From a virus (lineage: Duplodnaviria > Caudoviricetes): DNA of 25,322 nucleotides. Of the stretch, positions 1 through 8,115 are shown one piece after another. How positions within the stretch are numbered: position 1 is the first letter of the stretch; every line of letters begins with the position of its first letter. Where the stretch lies: positions 1 through 25,322 of the IMG/VR virus record IMGVR_UViG_3300025099_000126; one strand, 5' to 3'. Below the pieces are notes generated by a model. The model was not told the origin of the DNA, did no database searches, and saw nothing but the letters and a program-made list of their open reading frames with translations. Made by a program: the position numbers and the translations under genes.

Positions 1-1
1 A

Positions 2-2119
2 TATAATATTGACCATGACATGGTTGTTATATCTAAGACTGGACAAATTGGAGAGATTTATGAAATACAAAATCTTAAAATAGCTTTACCTAAACAAAAC
101 AATGTTCATAAGTTTGAAGAAGACAAATGGACTAGGTTTGATTACCCTAAAGTATTAAGTAAAATAAAAACAGTGTTTGACTGGAGAGAATATCCAGAGG
201 ACTTTAAAGAAAAATGGTATGATTACATTGATGAAGAATTTGCTCGTAGAGAAGAAGGTTTCTGGTACTTTAATAAAGGTATCCCTACTTACATTACTGG
301 CACTCATTATATGTACTTGCAGTGGTCCAAGATTGATGTTGGGCAGCCAGATTTTAGAGAGGCCAACCGTCTCTTTTTCATATTCTGGGCCGCATGTGTT
401 GCAGACTCCAGGTGTTACGGTATGTCCTATCTCAAGAACAGACGTTCTGGCTTTTCGTTTATGGCATCCGGAGAGTGCGTTAACATGGCGACCATATCAA
501 CCGACGCACGTTTTGGGATTTTGTCCAAATCTGGCGCCGATGCTAAGAAGATGTTTACCGACAAGGTTGTACCAATATCCGTTAATTATCCATTCTTTTT
601 CAAGCCCATCCAGGACGGAATGGACCGTCCAAAGACCGAGCTTGCCTACAGAGTCCCCGCGTCCAAGTTCACACGAAGAAGTATCGTCAAGACCAGCGAT
701 GAAACCGGTGAAACCCTCTCGGGTTTGGACACCACAATCGACTGGAAGAACACAGGCGATAACGCCTACGATGGAGAGAAACTCAGGCTCCTCGTCCACG
801 ATGAGTCGGGGAAGTGGGAGAGGCCCAACAACATCCTCAACAACTGGCGTGTTACGAAAACCACCCTTAGATTAGGTAGTAGAGTAATTGGTAAGTGTAT
901 GATGGGATCAACATCAAATGCTTTAGATAAAGGTGGTAGAAATTTTAAAAAATTATATGATGACTCAGACGTTACAAAAAGAAATGCCAATGGACAAACA
1001 CGTTCAGGACTCTATTCTTTGTTCATTCCTATGGAGTGGAACTACGAGGGATACATTGATTCTTATGGCCACCCTGTCTTCGAAACTCCATCAGAAAAAG
1101 TGTATGGACCTCATGGAACACCAATCACAATTGGGGTTATTGAATACTGGGAAAATGAGGTAGAAGGTCTTAAAGATGACCAAGACGGATTAAATGAATT
1201 TTATAGACAATTTCCTCGTACAACTAAACACGCGTTTAGAGACGAGTCTAAACAATCTTTATTTAATCTAACTAAAATATATCAACAAATAGATTACAAC
1301 GAAGATTTAGAAAAAAATTCAGTTGTAACTACAGGCAGCTTTAGTTGGGAAGATGGAATTAAAGATACAAAAGTTATATTCGTTCCAAATAAAAATGGTA
1401 GATTTAAGGTTTCTTGGGTGCCACCTGTGCATCTACAGAATCAAATATTTATAAAACACAACATGAAATACCCAGCGAATGAACACATAGGGGCTTTTGG
1501 TTGTGATAGTTATGATATATCAGGCACAGTAGATGGTAAAGGTTCTAATGGATCTTTGCATGGTTTAACTAAATTTAGCATGGATGAAGCACCGTCTAAT
1601 AACTTTTTTTTAGAATATATAGCTAGACCACAAACTGCTGAAATGTTTTTTGAAGATGTTTTAATGGCTTTGCATTTTTACGGAATGCCAATATTGGCAG
1701 AAAATAATAAACCAAGATTATTATACTATTTAAAACGTAGAGGTTATAGGAATTTTTCTATGAATAGACCTGATAAATTAAAATTATCTGTGACAGAAAG
1801 AGAGATTGGTGGAATACCTAACTCTAGTGAAGATATAAAACAAGCTCACGCTTCAGCTATAGAAACATACATAGAAAATCACGTAGGAAGTTTAGGAGAA
1901 AAATTTGGAAATATGTATTTTCAAAGAACACTAGAAGATTGGGCTACGTTTGATATTAACAATAGAACTAAGCACGATGCTTCTATTAGTTCAGGATTAG
2001 CTATAATGGCTTGTAATAAAAACAAATATAGACCAGTAAATGAAATAATTAGAGAAAAAGTTTCTTTAGGTTTTTCAAAATATAACAACAAAGGAGATTT
2101 TTCTAAAATAATAAAATAA
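2..2119 (+). CDS. terL: Terminase large subunit (5'-partial; true start probably upstream of the window)
   Basis: Frame is open from base 2 (YNIDHD before the ATG at 20). Deviant Walker A KNRRSGFS, Walker B LLVHDESGKW, coupling motif MGSTSN, RNase H-like nuclease motifs GCDSYD, AENNK and HDASISSGLA. Directly upstream of portal. Confidence 0.93.
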   Translation, partial: YNIDHDMVVISKTGQIGEIYEIQNLKIALPKQNNVHKFEEDKWTRFDYPKVLSKIKTVFDWREYPEDFKEKWYDYIDEEFARREEGFWYFNKGIPTYITGTHYMYLQWSKIDVGQPDFREANRLFFIFWAACVADSRCYGMSYLKNRRSGFSFMASGECVNMATISTDARFGILSKSGADAKKMFTDKVVPISVNYPFFFKPIQDGMDRPKTELAYRVPASKFTRRSIVKTSDETGETLSGLDTTIDWKNTGDNAYDGEKLRLLVHDESGKWERPNNILNNWRVTKTTLRLGSRVIGKCMMGSTSNALDKGGRNFKKLYDDSDVTKRNANGQTRSGLYSLFIPMEWNYEGYIDSYGHPVFETPSEKVYGPHGTPITIGVIEYWENEVEGLKDDQDGLNEFYRQFPRTTKHAFRDESKQSLFNLTKIYQQIDYNEDLEKNSVVTTGSFSWEDGIKDTKVIFVPNKNGRFKVSWVPPVHLQNQIFIKHNMKYPANEHIGAFGCDSYDISGTVDGKGSNGSLHGLTKFSMDEAPSNNFFLEYIARPQTAEMFFEDVLMALHFYGMPILAENNKPRLLYYLKRRGYRNFSMNRPDKLKLSVTEREIGGIPNSSEDIKQAHASAIETYIENHVGSLGEKFGNMYFQRTLEDWATFDINNRTKHDASISSGLAIMACNKNKYRPVNEIIREKVSLGFSKYNNKGDFSKIIK
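219..875 (+). CDS. Putative overprinted gene 1 in the +1 frame of terL; signal/lipoprotein-like N-terminus, Pro/Ser/Thr-rich (ATG at 219 or 231)
   Basis: The +1 frame has no stop from 168 to the TAG at 873-875. terL codons here become C/G-ending: 37/60 GC at 601-660 versus 14/60 at 61-120 and 11/60 at 1261-1320. N-terminus MKNLLVEKKVSGTLIKVSLLTLLALIICTCSG. Confidence 0.6.
   Translation: MITLMKNLLVEKKVSGTLIKVSLLTLLALIICTCSGPRLMLGSQILERPTVSFSYSGPHVLQTPGVTVCPISRTDVLAFRLWHPESALTWRPYQPTHVLGFCPNLAPMLRRCLPTRLYQYPLIIHSFSSPSRTEWTVQRPSLPTESPRPSSHEEVSSRPAMKPVKPSRVWTPQSTGRTQAITPTMERNSGSSSTMSRGSGRGPTTSSTTGVLRKPPLD
957..1163 (+). CDS. Putative overprinted gene 2 in the +1 frame of terL (68 aa)
   Basis: ATG at 957 lies in AAAATTATATGA, identical to the start context of the gene at 15923. 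terL again uses CTC/TTG/GTC/ATC-type codons over this stretch. Confidence 0.4.
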   Translation: MMTQTLQKEMPMDKHVQDSILCSFLWSGTTRDTLILMATLSSKLHQKKCMDLMEHQSQLGLLNTGKMR

Positions 2120-4513
2120 ATGATTCAAGGAAATTATAACAGTGGTTTTCCTAGTCAGGTAGTACCTGACGCAGAGAAAATGAGTTTGGAGTACGGTACT
2201 CGCGTAGGTAGAGCTATAGAGTATGAGTGGTTCAGAAGTAATAGAGGTGGTGACAGATTCTCTATGAATTTTGCTAATTTTCATAATTTAAGGTTATACT
2301 CTAGAGGAGAACAATCTATACAAAAGTATAAAGATGAGTTATCTATTAATGGTGATTTGTCTTATCTTAATTTAGACTGGAAACCAGTACCTATTATACC
2401 TAAGTTTGTTGATATAGTCGTAAATGGTATGTCTCAAAGAGATTATGATGTTAAAGCTTATGCTCAAGACCCTGAATCACAAAAGAAAAGAACTAATTAC
2501 GCTGAAGGTTTATTAAGAGATATACAAGCTAGGTCATTTTTGCAAAAAGCAGAAAAAGAAATTGGCATGAATTTATGGACTACATCAGCTCCAGAAAATT
2601 TACCAGAAAATAAAGAAGAGTTAAGTTTACATATGCAGCTTAGCTATAAGCAGTCTATTGAAATAGCAGAAGAAGAAGCTATATCAAACGTAATGGCTCA
2701 AAACAAATATATACAGACTAAAAAAAGAATGCTTCAGGATTTGGTTGTCTTAGGTATTGGAGCGGTTAAAACAAACTTTAACAAGTCTAATGGAATAACA
2801 GTTGAATACGTAGATCCTGCTAATTTAGTATATTCTTATACTGATGACCCTAATTTCCAAGATCTTTATTACGTAGGTGAAGTTAAAATGATACATTTAT
2901 CTGATCTTCAAAAACAATTTCCAGATTTAACACCTGATGAACTAAAAAGAATTGAAAAATTTCCAGGAACACAAAACTACCTTAGAAACTGGAACGAATC
3001 TCCAGATATGGTTGCTGTTTTGTTTTTTGAATACAAAACTTATAGTAATCAAGTATTTAAAATTAAACAAACAGATCAAGGTTTAGAAAAAGCATTAGAA
3101 AAAACAGACTTTTTTAATCCTCCACCTAATGATAATTTTGAAAGAGTATCAAGATCTATAGAAGTATTATATAGTGGCGCTAAAGTATTAGGTATTGATA
3201 ATATGTTATCATGGGGAATGTCACAGAATATGACTAGACCTTTTTCTAATATGACTAAGGTTAATATGAATTACCAAATATGTGCTCCTAGAATGTATAG
3301 AGGGCGTATAGAATCTTTAGTAGGTAGAATAACAGGCTTTGCTGATATGATTCAATTAACACATTTAAAATTACAACAAGTTATAGCAAGGATGGTGCCA
3401 GATGGTGTTTTTGTTGATGTTGATGGTTTAGCAGAGGTTGATTTAGGTAATGGAACAAATTATAATCCACAAGAAGCGCTTAACATGTATTTCCAAACAG
3501 GTTCTATTGTTGGTAGATCTTTAACGCAAGATGGTGATCCTAATAGAGGTAAAGTACCAATACAAGAGCTTCAAACGTCTAGCGCTAATGGTAAAATACA
3601 ATCACTTATAGGTACTTACCAATATTATCTTCAAATGATACGTGATGTAACAGGGCTTAATGAAGCTAGAGATGGTAGCACTCCTGATAAAGACGCTTTA
3701 GTTGGTATACAAAAAATGGCGGCTGCTAATAGTAATACAGCTACACGTCATATATTGCAATCATGTTTGTATTTAACTGTAAAAGCAGCTGAAAACGTAT
3801 CACTTAGAATAGCGGATATGCTTGAGTTTGATTTATTAGCGGATACTTTAAAGAAATCTGTTAGTAATTTTAACGTAGGTACGTTAGAAGAAATGGCTAA
3901 TTTAAATTTATTTGAGTTTGGCATATATCTTGAACTACAACCAGACGATGAAGAAATAGCTAAGTTAGAAGAAAACATACAAGTAGCTTTACAATCAGGT
4001 CAAATATTTTTAGAAGATGCTATTGATATAAGACAAATAAAAAACTTAAAATTAGCTAACCAAATGCTAAAAGTTAAACGTAAAGCTAAACAAAAAATGG
4101 ATCAAGAGATTGCGCAGCAAAATATAGCGGCTCAATCACAGGCTAACATACAAGCGCAAGAAGCATCTGCTTTATATGAGGTTCAAAAGCACGAAGCTAT
4201 GGCGGCTTCAAAATTACAAATCGAACAAGGTAAAGCTGGTTTTGAAATACAAAAAATTGAAAAAGAAGCTCAAATAAAAAAGGAGTTAATGGAGATAGAA
4301 TTTCAGTACCAAAAACAATTAGCTCAAATAGACAAAGGATATATGAGTGCTAAAGAAACAGAAATAGAAGATCGTAAAGATAAAAGAACAAAAATGCAAG
4401 CAACACAACAAAGTGAAATGATTGCGCAAAGAAACAATGACTCAGGTCCTGTAGATTTTGAATCAGGTAATGATAGTCTTGGTGGAATAAACTTAAATGG
4501 CTTTGGTCTTTAA
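2120..4513 (+). CDS. Portal protein
   Basis: 797 aa, abutting the terL stop (TAAATG). LDWKPVPIIPKFVDIVVNGM and IRDVTGLNEARDG segments resemble crAss-like/podovirus portals. Long C-terminal coiled coil. Confidence 0.85.
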   Translation: MIQGNYNSGFPSQVVPDAEKMSLEYGTRVGRAIEYEWFRSNRGGDRFSMNFANFHNLRLYSRGEQSIQKYKDELSINGDLSYLNLDWKPVPIIPKFVDIVVNGMSQRDYDVKAYAQDPESQKKRTNYAEGLLRDIQARSFLQKAEKEIGMNLWTTSAPENLPENKEELSLHMQLSYKQSIEIAEEEAISNVMAQNKYIQTKKRMLQDLVVLGIGAVKTNFNKSNGITVEYVDPANLVYSYTDDPNFQDLYYVGEVKMIHLSDLQKQFPDLTPDELKRIEKFPGTQNYLRNWNESPDMVAVLFFEYKTYSNQVFKIKQTDQGLEKALEKTDFFNPPPNDNFERVSRSIEVLYSGAKVLGIDNMLSWGMSQNMTRPFSNMTKVNMNYQICAPRMYRGRIESLVGRITGFADMIQLTHLKLQQVIARMVPDGVFVDVDGLAEVDLGNGTNYNPQEALNMYFQTGSIVGRSLTQDGDPNRGKVPIQELQTSSANGKIQSLIGTYQYYLQMIRDVTGLNEARDGSTPDKDALVGIQKMAAANSNTATRHILQSCLYLTVKAAENVSLRIADMLEFDLLADTLKKSVSNFNVGTLEEMANLNLFEFGIYLELQPDDEEIAKLEENIQVALQSGQIFLEDAIDIRQIKNLKLANQMLKVKRKAKQKMDQEIAQQNIAAQSQANIQAQEASALYEVQKHEAMAASKLQIEQGKAGFEIQKIEKEAQIKKELMEIEFQYQKQLAQIDKGYMSAKETEIEDRKDKRTKMQATQQSEMIAQRNNDSGPVDFESGNDSLGGINLNGFGL

Positions 4514-4547
4514 GTAGTATTATTTATTAATTTTATATTATTATATT

Positions 4548-5747
4548 ATGTCAGAAACAAAAACAAACGATGAAGTGATAGCTGAAAACCCTATTGAAAG
4601 AAGTGGTGAGGTTAAAACTGAAACAAAAGCAGATTACAAGGTTGATTTAAAAACAGGGTCAACAACAAAAAACAAACCATCTACTGTTACAAAGGTGGAT
4701 TTAACTAAAAAACCAAAAGAAGATGCCGTTCAAATCGGAGAAACAAAAGAAGTGGTTGTGGAAGAACAAACCGGAGATAGCCTTAAAATGGACGAACAAG
4801 TACATGAGTCCAGCAAAGCTACTGAAGAGTTTAAACAAATCCAAGAAATAGACGAAAAAGAAGTTAAACAAGTAGAGGCAACAGTAAAAGAAGCAATAAG
4901 AGATGAAAAAGTACTAGGTAAACAATTACCAGAAAACATCGAAAAACTTGTTAATTTTATGGAAGATACAGGTGGCACCGTGGAAGATTATGTCAGATTA
5001 AACGCTGACTACTCTAATGTAGACGGTAGCGCTTTGTTAAAAGAATATTATAAAAAAGCTAAACCACATCTTAATGATGAGGAAATAGGTTTCATCATGG
5101 AAGATAATTTTGAATATGATGAAGAAGTGGACGATGAGCGAGACGTCCGAAAGAAAAAACTTGCTTTTAAAGAAGAGGTTGCAAAAGCTCATAGTTATTT
5201 AGAAGATTTAAAAGGTAAATATTACGACGAAATCAAGTTGAGACCGGGCGTTACCCAAGAACAGAAAAAGGCTATGGATTTTTTTAATCGATATAACGAA
5301 GATCAGCAAATTGCTTCACAACAACACGAGGACTTTAAAACTAAAACTAAAGAATACCTCTCCGATGATTTCAAAGGTTTTGATTTCAAAGTTGGAGATA
5401 AAAATTTTAGATACAATGTTAAAAATCCAAATGAAGTTGCTGAATCCCAGTCAAATATTTCTACGTTTGTTCAAAAGTTTTTGGACAATGACGGAGCAGT
5501 TAAAGACCACGAAGGATATCACAAAGCAATATACGCTGCTAGAAACGCTGATACTATAGCGCAACATTTTTACGAGCAAGGCAAAGCCGACGCTGTTAAA
5601 GATGTAGTGTCTAAATCTAAAAACATTAATAACGAATCTAGGCCACAGCCTACAGGAGACGTTTTTGTTGGAGGGTTTAAAGTAAAAGCTGTTAGTGGTT
5701 CTGATTCTCGTGGACTTAAAATAAAAACACGTAAATTTAACAATTAA
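4548..5747 (+). CDS. Acidic coiled-coil protein, probable capsid scaffold/assembly protein
   Basis: 399 aa, very E/D/K-rich with a low-complexity N-terminus. Lies between portal and MCP. Ends ...FYEQGKADAVKD...GLKIKTRK. Confidence 0.6.
   Translation: MSETKTNDEVIAENPIERSGEVKTETKADYKVDLKTGSTTKNKPSTVTKVDLTKKPKEDAVQIGETKEVVVEEQTGDSLKMDEQVHESSKATEEFKQIQEIDEKEVKQVEATVKEAIRDEKVLGKQLPENIEKLVNFMEDTGGTVEDYVRLNADYSNVDGSALLKEYYKKAKPHLNDEEIGFIMEDNFEYDEEVDDERDVRKKKLAFKEEVAKAHSYLEDLKGKYYDEIKLRPGVTQEQKKAMDFFNRYNEDQQIASQQHEDFKTKTKEYLSDDFKGFDFKVGDKNFRYNVKNPNEVAESQSNISTFVQKFLDNDGAVKDHEGYHKAIYAARNADTIAQHFYEQGKADAVKDVVSKSKNINNESRPQPTGDVFVGGFKVKAVSGSDSRGLKIKTRKFNN
4723..4851 (+). CDS. Putative overprinted 42-aa basic protein in the +1 frame of the scaffold gene (MPFKSEKQKKWLWKNKPEIALKWTNKYMSPAKLLKSLNKSKK)
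   Basis: ATG at 4723 with A-rich leader TAACTAAAAAACCAAAAGAAG, TAG at 4849-4851. Host-frame codons are locally atypical (GCC, ATC, ACC, AGC, TCC). Resembles a small phage MPFKS.KQ..W.W...PE.A..W...Y motif recalled from memory, not searched. Confidence 0.7.
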   Translation: MPFKSEKQKKWLWKNKPEIALKWTNKYMSPAKLLKSLNKSKK

Positions 5748-5758
5748 AATTAACAATT

Positions 5759-7201
5759 ATGGGAATATTAACTCCTCAATTTGGTAGTTTAGTGCCTTCA
5801 CAGTCACAACAGACTTTGGCTAACAACTACTTAAACTTCAACGGCGCTGCTGGTGGAGGAACATTCGCACAACAATACCTTCCTGAAATTTATGAAGCTG
5901 AAGTAGAAAGATACGGTAACCGTACTATCTCTGGTTTCTTAAGAATGGTTGGTGCTGAAATGCCAATGACTTCTGATCAAGTAATTTGGTCTGAACAAAA
6001 TAGATTACACATCGCGTATGATAACGTTGCTTGTAATAAAAATCAAACAATCACGTTACCTGCTGGCGTTACTAACGTACTAGCACCTAACATGACTGTT
6101 GTAATTATGGATCCAGCTAATCCATCTGCTACTGTACATGCTATCGTAGGAAATGGTGCTGCTCAAACAGGAAACCAAACTGCTACAGTTTATCCATATG
6201 TTGCTGCAAACCTTGCTGGTTTATCAGCTACTGGACTAAAACTATTTGTATATGGTTCTGAATTTGCTAAAGGTACTGCTGGTTCTACTGAGAACATCAC
6301 TCCTTCTTTCACGCAATACGCTAACTCACCTATCATTATTAAATCCAATTATCAAATAAATGGATCTGATACTGCTCAAATCGGTTGGGTTGAAGTTGCT
6401 GCTGAAGACGGAACATCAGGGTTCTTATGGTATCTAAAAGCTGAAGGTGAAACTAGATTAAGATTTGAAGATTACTTAGAAATGAGTATGGTTGAAGGTC
6501 AATTAGCTACAGCTGGTTCTGGTTTTACTACTAATCAAAACGCAATACCTGGATTTGGTGGTGCTGCGCCTACAGTTGCTGCTAAAGGAACTCAAGGTTT
6601 ATTTTCTGCTATACAGTCAAGAGGTAATGTACTTGCTGGATACGGTGGAACGTTAACTGATTTTGATTCTATATTACAAAACTTAGATTCTCAAGGTGCT
6701 ATTGAAGAAAACATGCTTTTCTTAGATAGAGCTACAGAGTTACAGTTTGATAATATGTTAGCACAACAAAATTCTTACGGAGCTGGAGGTACATCTTACG
6801 GTGTATTTGAAAACTCTGAAGAAATGGCGTTGAATTTAGGATTTTCTGGTTTCAGAAGAGGTTCTTATGACTTCTACAAAACTTCATGGAAATACTTAAA
6901 TGATGCTTCTACAAGAGGTGGTTCTGGAAACTTCACTGGCGGTGACAACATCGATGGTGTATTAGTACCTGCAGGAACAACTACTGTGTATGACCAATTA
7001 CTTGGTACAAACATCAGAAGACCGTTCTTACATGTACGTTACAGAGCTTCTCAAGCAGATGACAGAAGAATGAAATCTTGGATCACAGGATCTGTTGGTG
7101 GTGCATTTACTACAACTTCAGATTTTATGCAAGTTTCTTTCTTATCTGAAAGATGTTTAGTAACTCAAGCTGCTAATAACTTCGTGTTATTTGTTGCTTA
7201 A
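5759..7201 (+). CDS. Major capsid protein (HK97-fold, crAss-like type)
   Basis: 480 aa, follows the scaffold, has highly-expressed codon bias (GCT, GGT, AAC, TTC) and is followed by a strong terminator. Segments QQYLPEIYEAEVERYGNRT and YGSEFAKGT...PIIIK. Confidence 0.85.
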   Translation: MGILTPQFGSLVPSQSQQTLANNYLNFNGAAGGGTFAQQYLPEIYEAEVERYGNRTISGFLRMVGAEMPMTSDQVIWSEQNRLHIAYDNVACNKNQTITLPAGVTNVLAPNMTVVIMDPANPSATVHAIVGNGAAQTGNQTATVYPYVAANLAGLSATGLKLFVYGSEFAKGTAGSTENITPSFTQYANSPIIIKSNYQINGSDTAQIGWVEVAAEDGTSGFLWYLKAEGETRLRFEDYLEMSMVEGQLATAGSGFTTNQNAIPGFGGAAPTVAAKGTQGLFSAIQSRGNVLAGYGGTLTDFDSILQNLDSQGAIEENMLFLDRATELQFDNMLAQQNSYGAGGTSYGVFENSEEMALNLGFSGFRRGSYDFYKTSWKYLNDASTRGGSGNFTGGDNIDGVLVPAGTTTVYDQLLGTNIRRPFLHVRYRASQADDRRMKSWITGSVGGAFTTTSDFMQVSFLSERCLVTQAANNFVLFVA

Positions 7202-7208
7202 TATTTAT

Positions 7209-7253
7209 GTAATTCTTACCCTCGTTGTATTGACGGGGGTAATTATTACTTTT
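7209..7253 (+). terminator. Rho-independent terminator after MCP
   Basis: Stem TTACCCTCGT (7216-7225) / ACGGGGGTAA (7233-7242) with one G-U pair, extended by GTAAT/ATTAC, followed by TTTT. Confidence 0.75.
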
Positions 7254-7278
7254 ATAAACTATTTAATTATATTATATT

Positions 7279-8055
7279 ATGTCAAAAACAAAAGAAAAAA
7301 AAATAAGCAACCCAGAACAAGGCTGGGAAATAAAAGATAGAAATTACTTTTTAACAGGAACAGACAAACCTTTAACATACACGCTTCCTTCTAAGCACTC
7401 AGCACGTTACCCTTTATTATGGTTTAACGAAGAAACAGGAGAGCAAAAAGCTATAAGATACGCTACTAACCAAATGTCTCCGTTTGAAGCAGATCAAAAA
7501 GGTGAAGTTACAATGTCTCATATTGTTTTTAGAGACGGCGCGTTACACGTTCCAAAAAGAATGCAATCTTTACAAAAGCTTTTATCACTATATCATCCGT
7601 ATAAAGGAACAAGATATCAAGAGCATTCGCCAGTACAAGAAGCTCAAAGTGATTTACATTATTTAGAATTAGAAATAGAAGCTTTAAATCATGCTAAAAA
7701 TATAGATATTGATGAAGCTGAGGCTATTCTTAGAGTAGAAAAAGGCTCTGTAGTTTCTAAAATGAGTTCTAAAGAAATAAAAAGAGATGTACTATTGTTC
7801 GCTAAAAATGATCCACAATTATTTATTGAGTTAGCTCAAGATGATAATGTTCAGTTAAGAAACTTTGGTATAAAAGCTGTAGAAGCTAATATATTAAGTT
7901 TATCAAGTGACAATAGAGATTTCAAATGGGCTAGCAATGGCCGAAAACTTATGACTGTACCTTTTGAAGAACACCCATATTCAGCTTTAGCTGCTTGGTT
8001 TAAAACAGACGAAGGTTTAGAAGTTTTTAAAACTATAGAGAAAAAACTCTCTTAA
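7279..8055 (+). CDS. Conserved virion-module protein downstream of MCP (function unknown)
   Basis: 258-aa ORF with genome-typical codon usage, flanked by two hairpins, in the post-MCP position of crAss-like structural blocks. Confidence 0.6.
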   Translation: MSKTKEKKISNPEQGWEIKDRNYFLTGTDKPLTYTLPSKHSARYPLLWFNEETGEQKAIRYATNQMSPFEADQKGEVTMSHIVFRDGALHVPKRMQSLQKLLSLYHPYKGTRYQEHSPVQEAQSDLHYLELEIEALNHAKNIDIDEAEAILRVEKGSVVSKMSSKEIKRDVLLFAKNDPQLFIELAQDDNVQLRNFGIKAVEANILSLSSDNRDFKWASNGRKLMTVPFEEHPYSALAAWFKTDEGLEVFKTIEKKLS

Positions 8056-8065
8056 TCTGTAATAC

Positions 8066-8099
8066 TAATATAGGGTCCGTTTAATCGGGCCCAATATTA
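8066..8099 (+). promoter_or_regulatory. GC-rich intergenic hairpin (weak terminator, or RNA processing/stability element)
   Basis: TAATAT-A-GGGTCCG-(TTTAAT)-CGGGCCC-A-ATATTA. No clean U-tract follows. Confidence 0.55.
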
Positions 8100-8115
8100 T
8101 AATAAAAATATACAA

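Noticed and set aside
497-799. Minus-strand 100-aa ORF over the GC-rich terL segment (and 766..990)
   Set aside because: Antisense to a uniformly + strand operon and explained by reduced stop frequency in the GC-rich patch; no leader evidence.
2189-2201. Palindrome GAGTAC-G-GTACTC in portal, and 8-bp inverted repeat at 5091-5123
   Set aside because: Short, single-copy and intragenic; compatible with chance.
5311-5559. 82-aa +1-frame ORF in the scaffold gene, and the similar 7484..7666 ORF
   Set aside because: Non-ATG starts as called, no recognisable motif, and only weak host-codon anomaly; not supportable without alignments.
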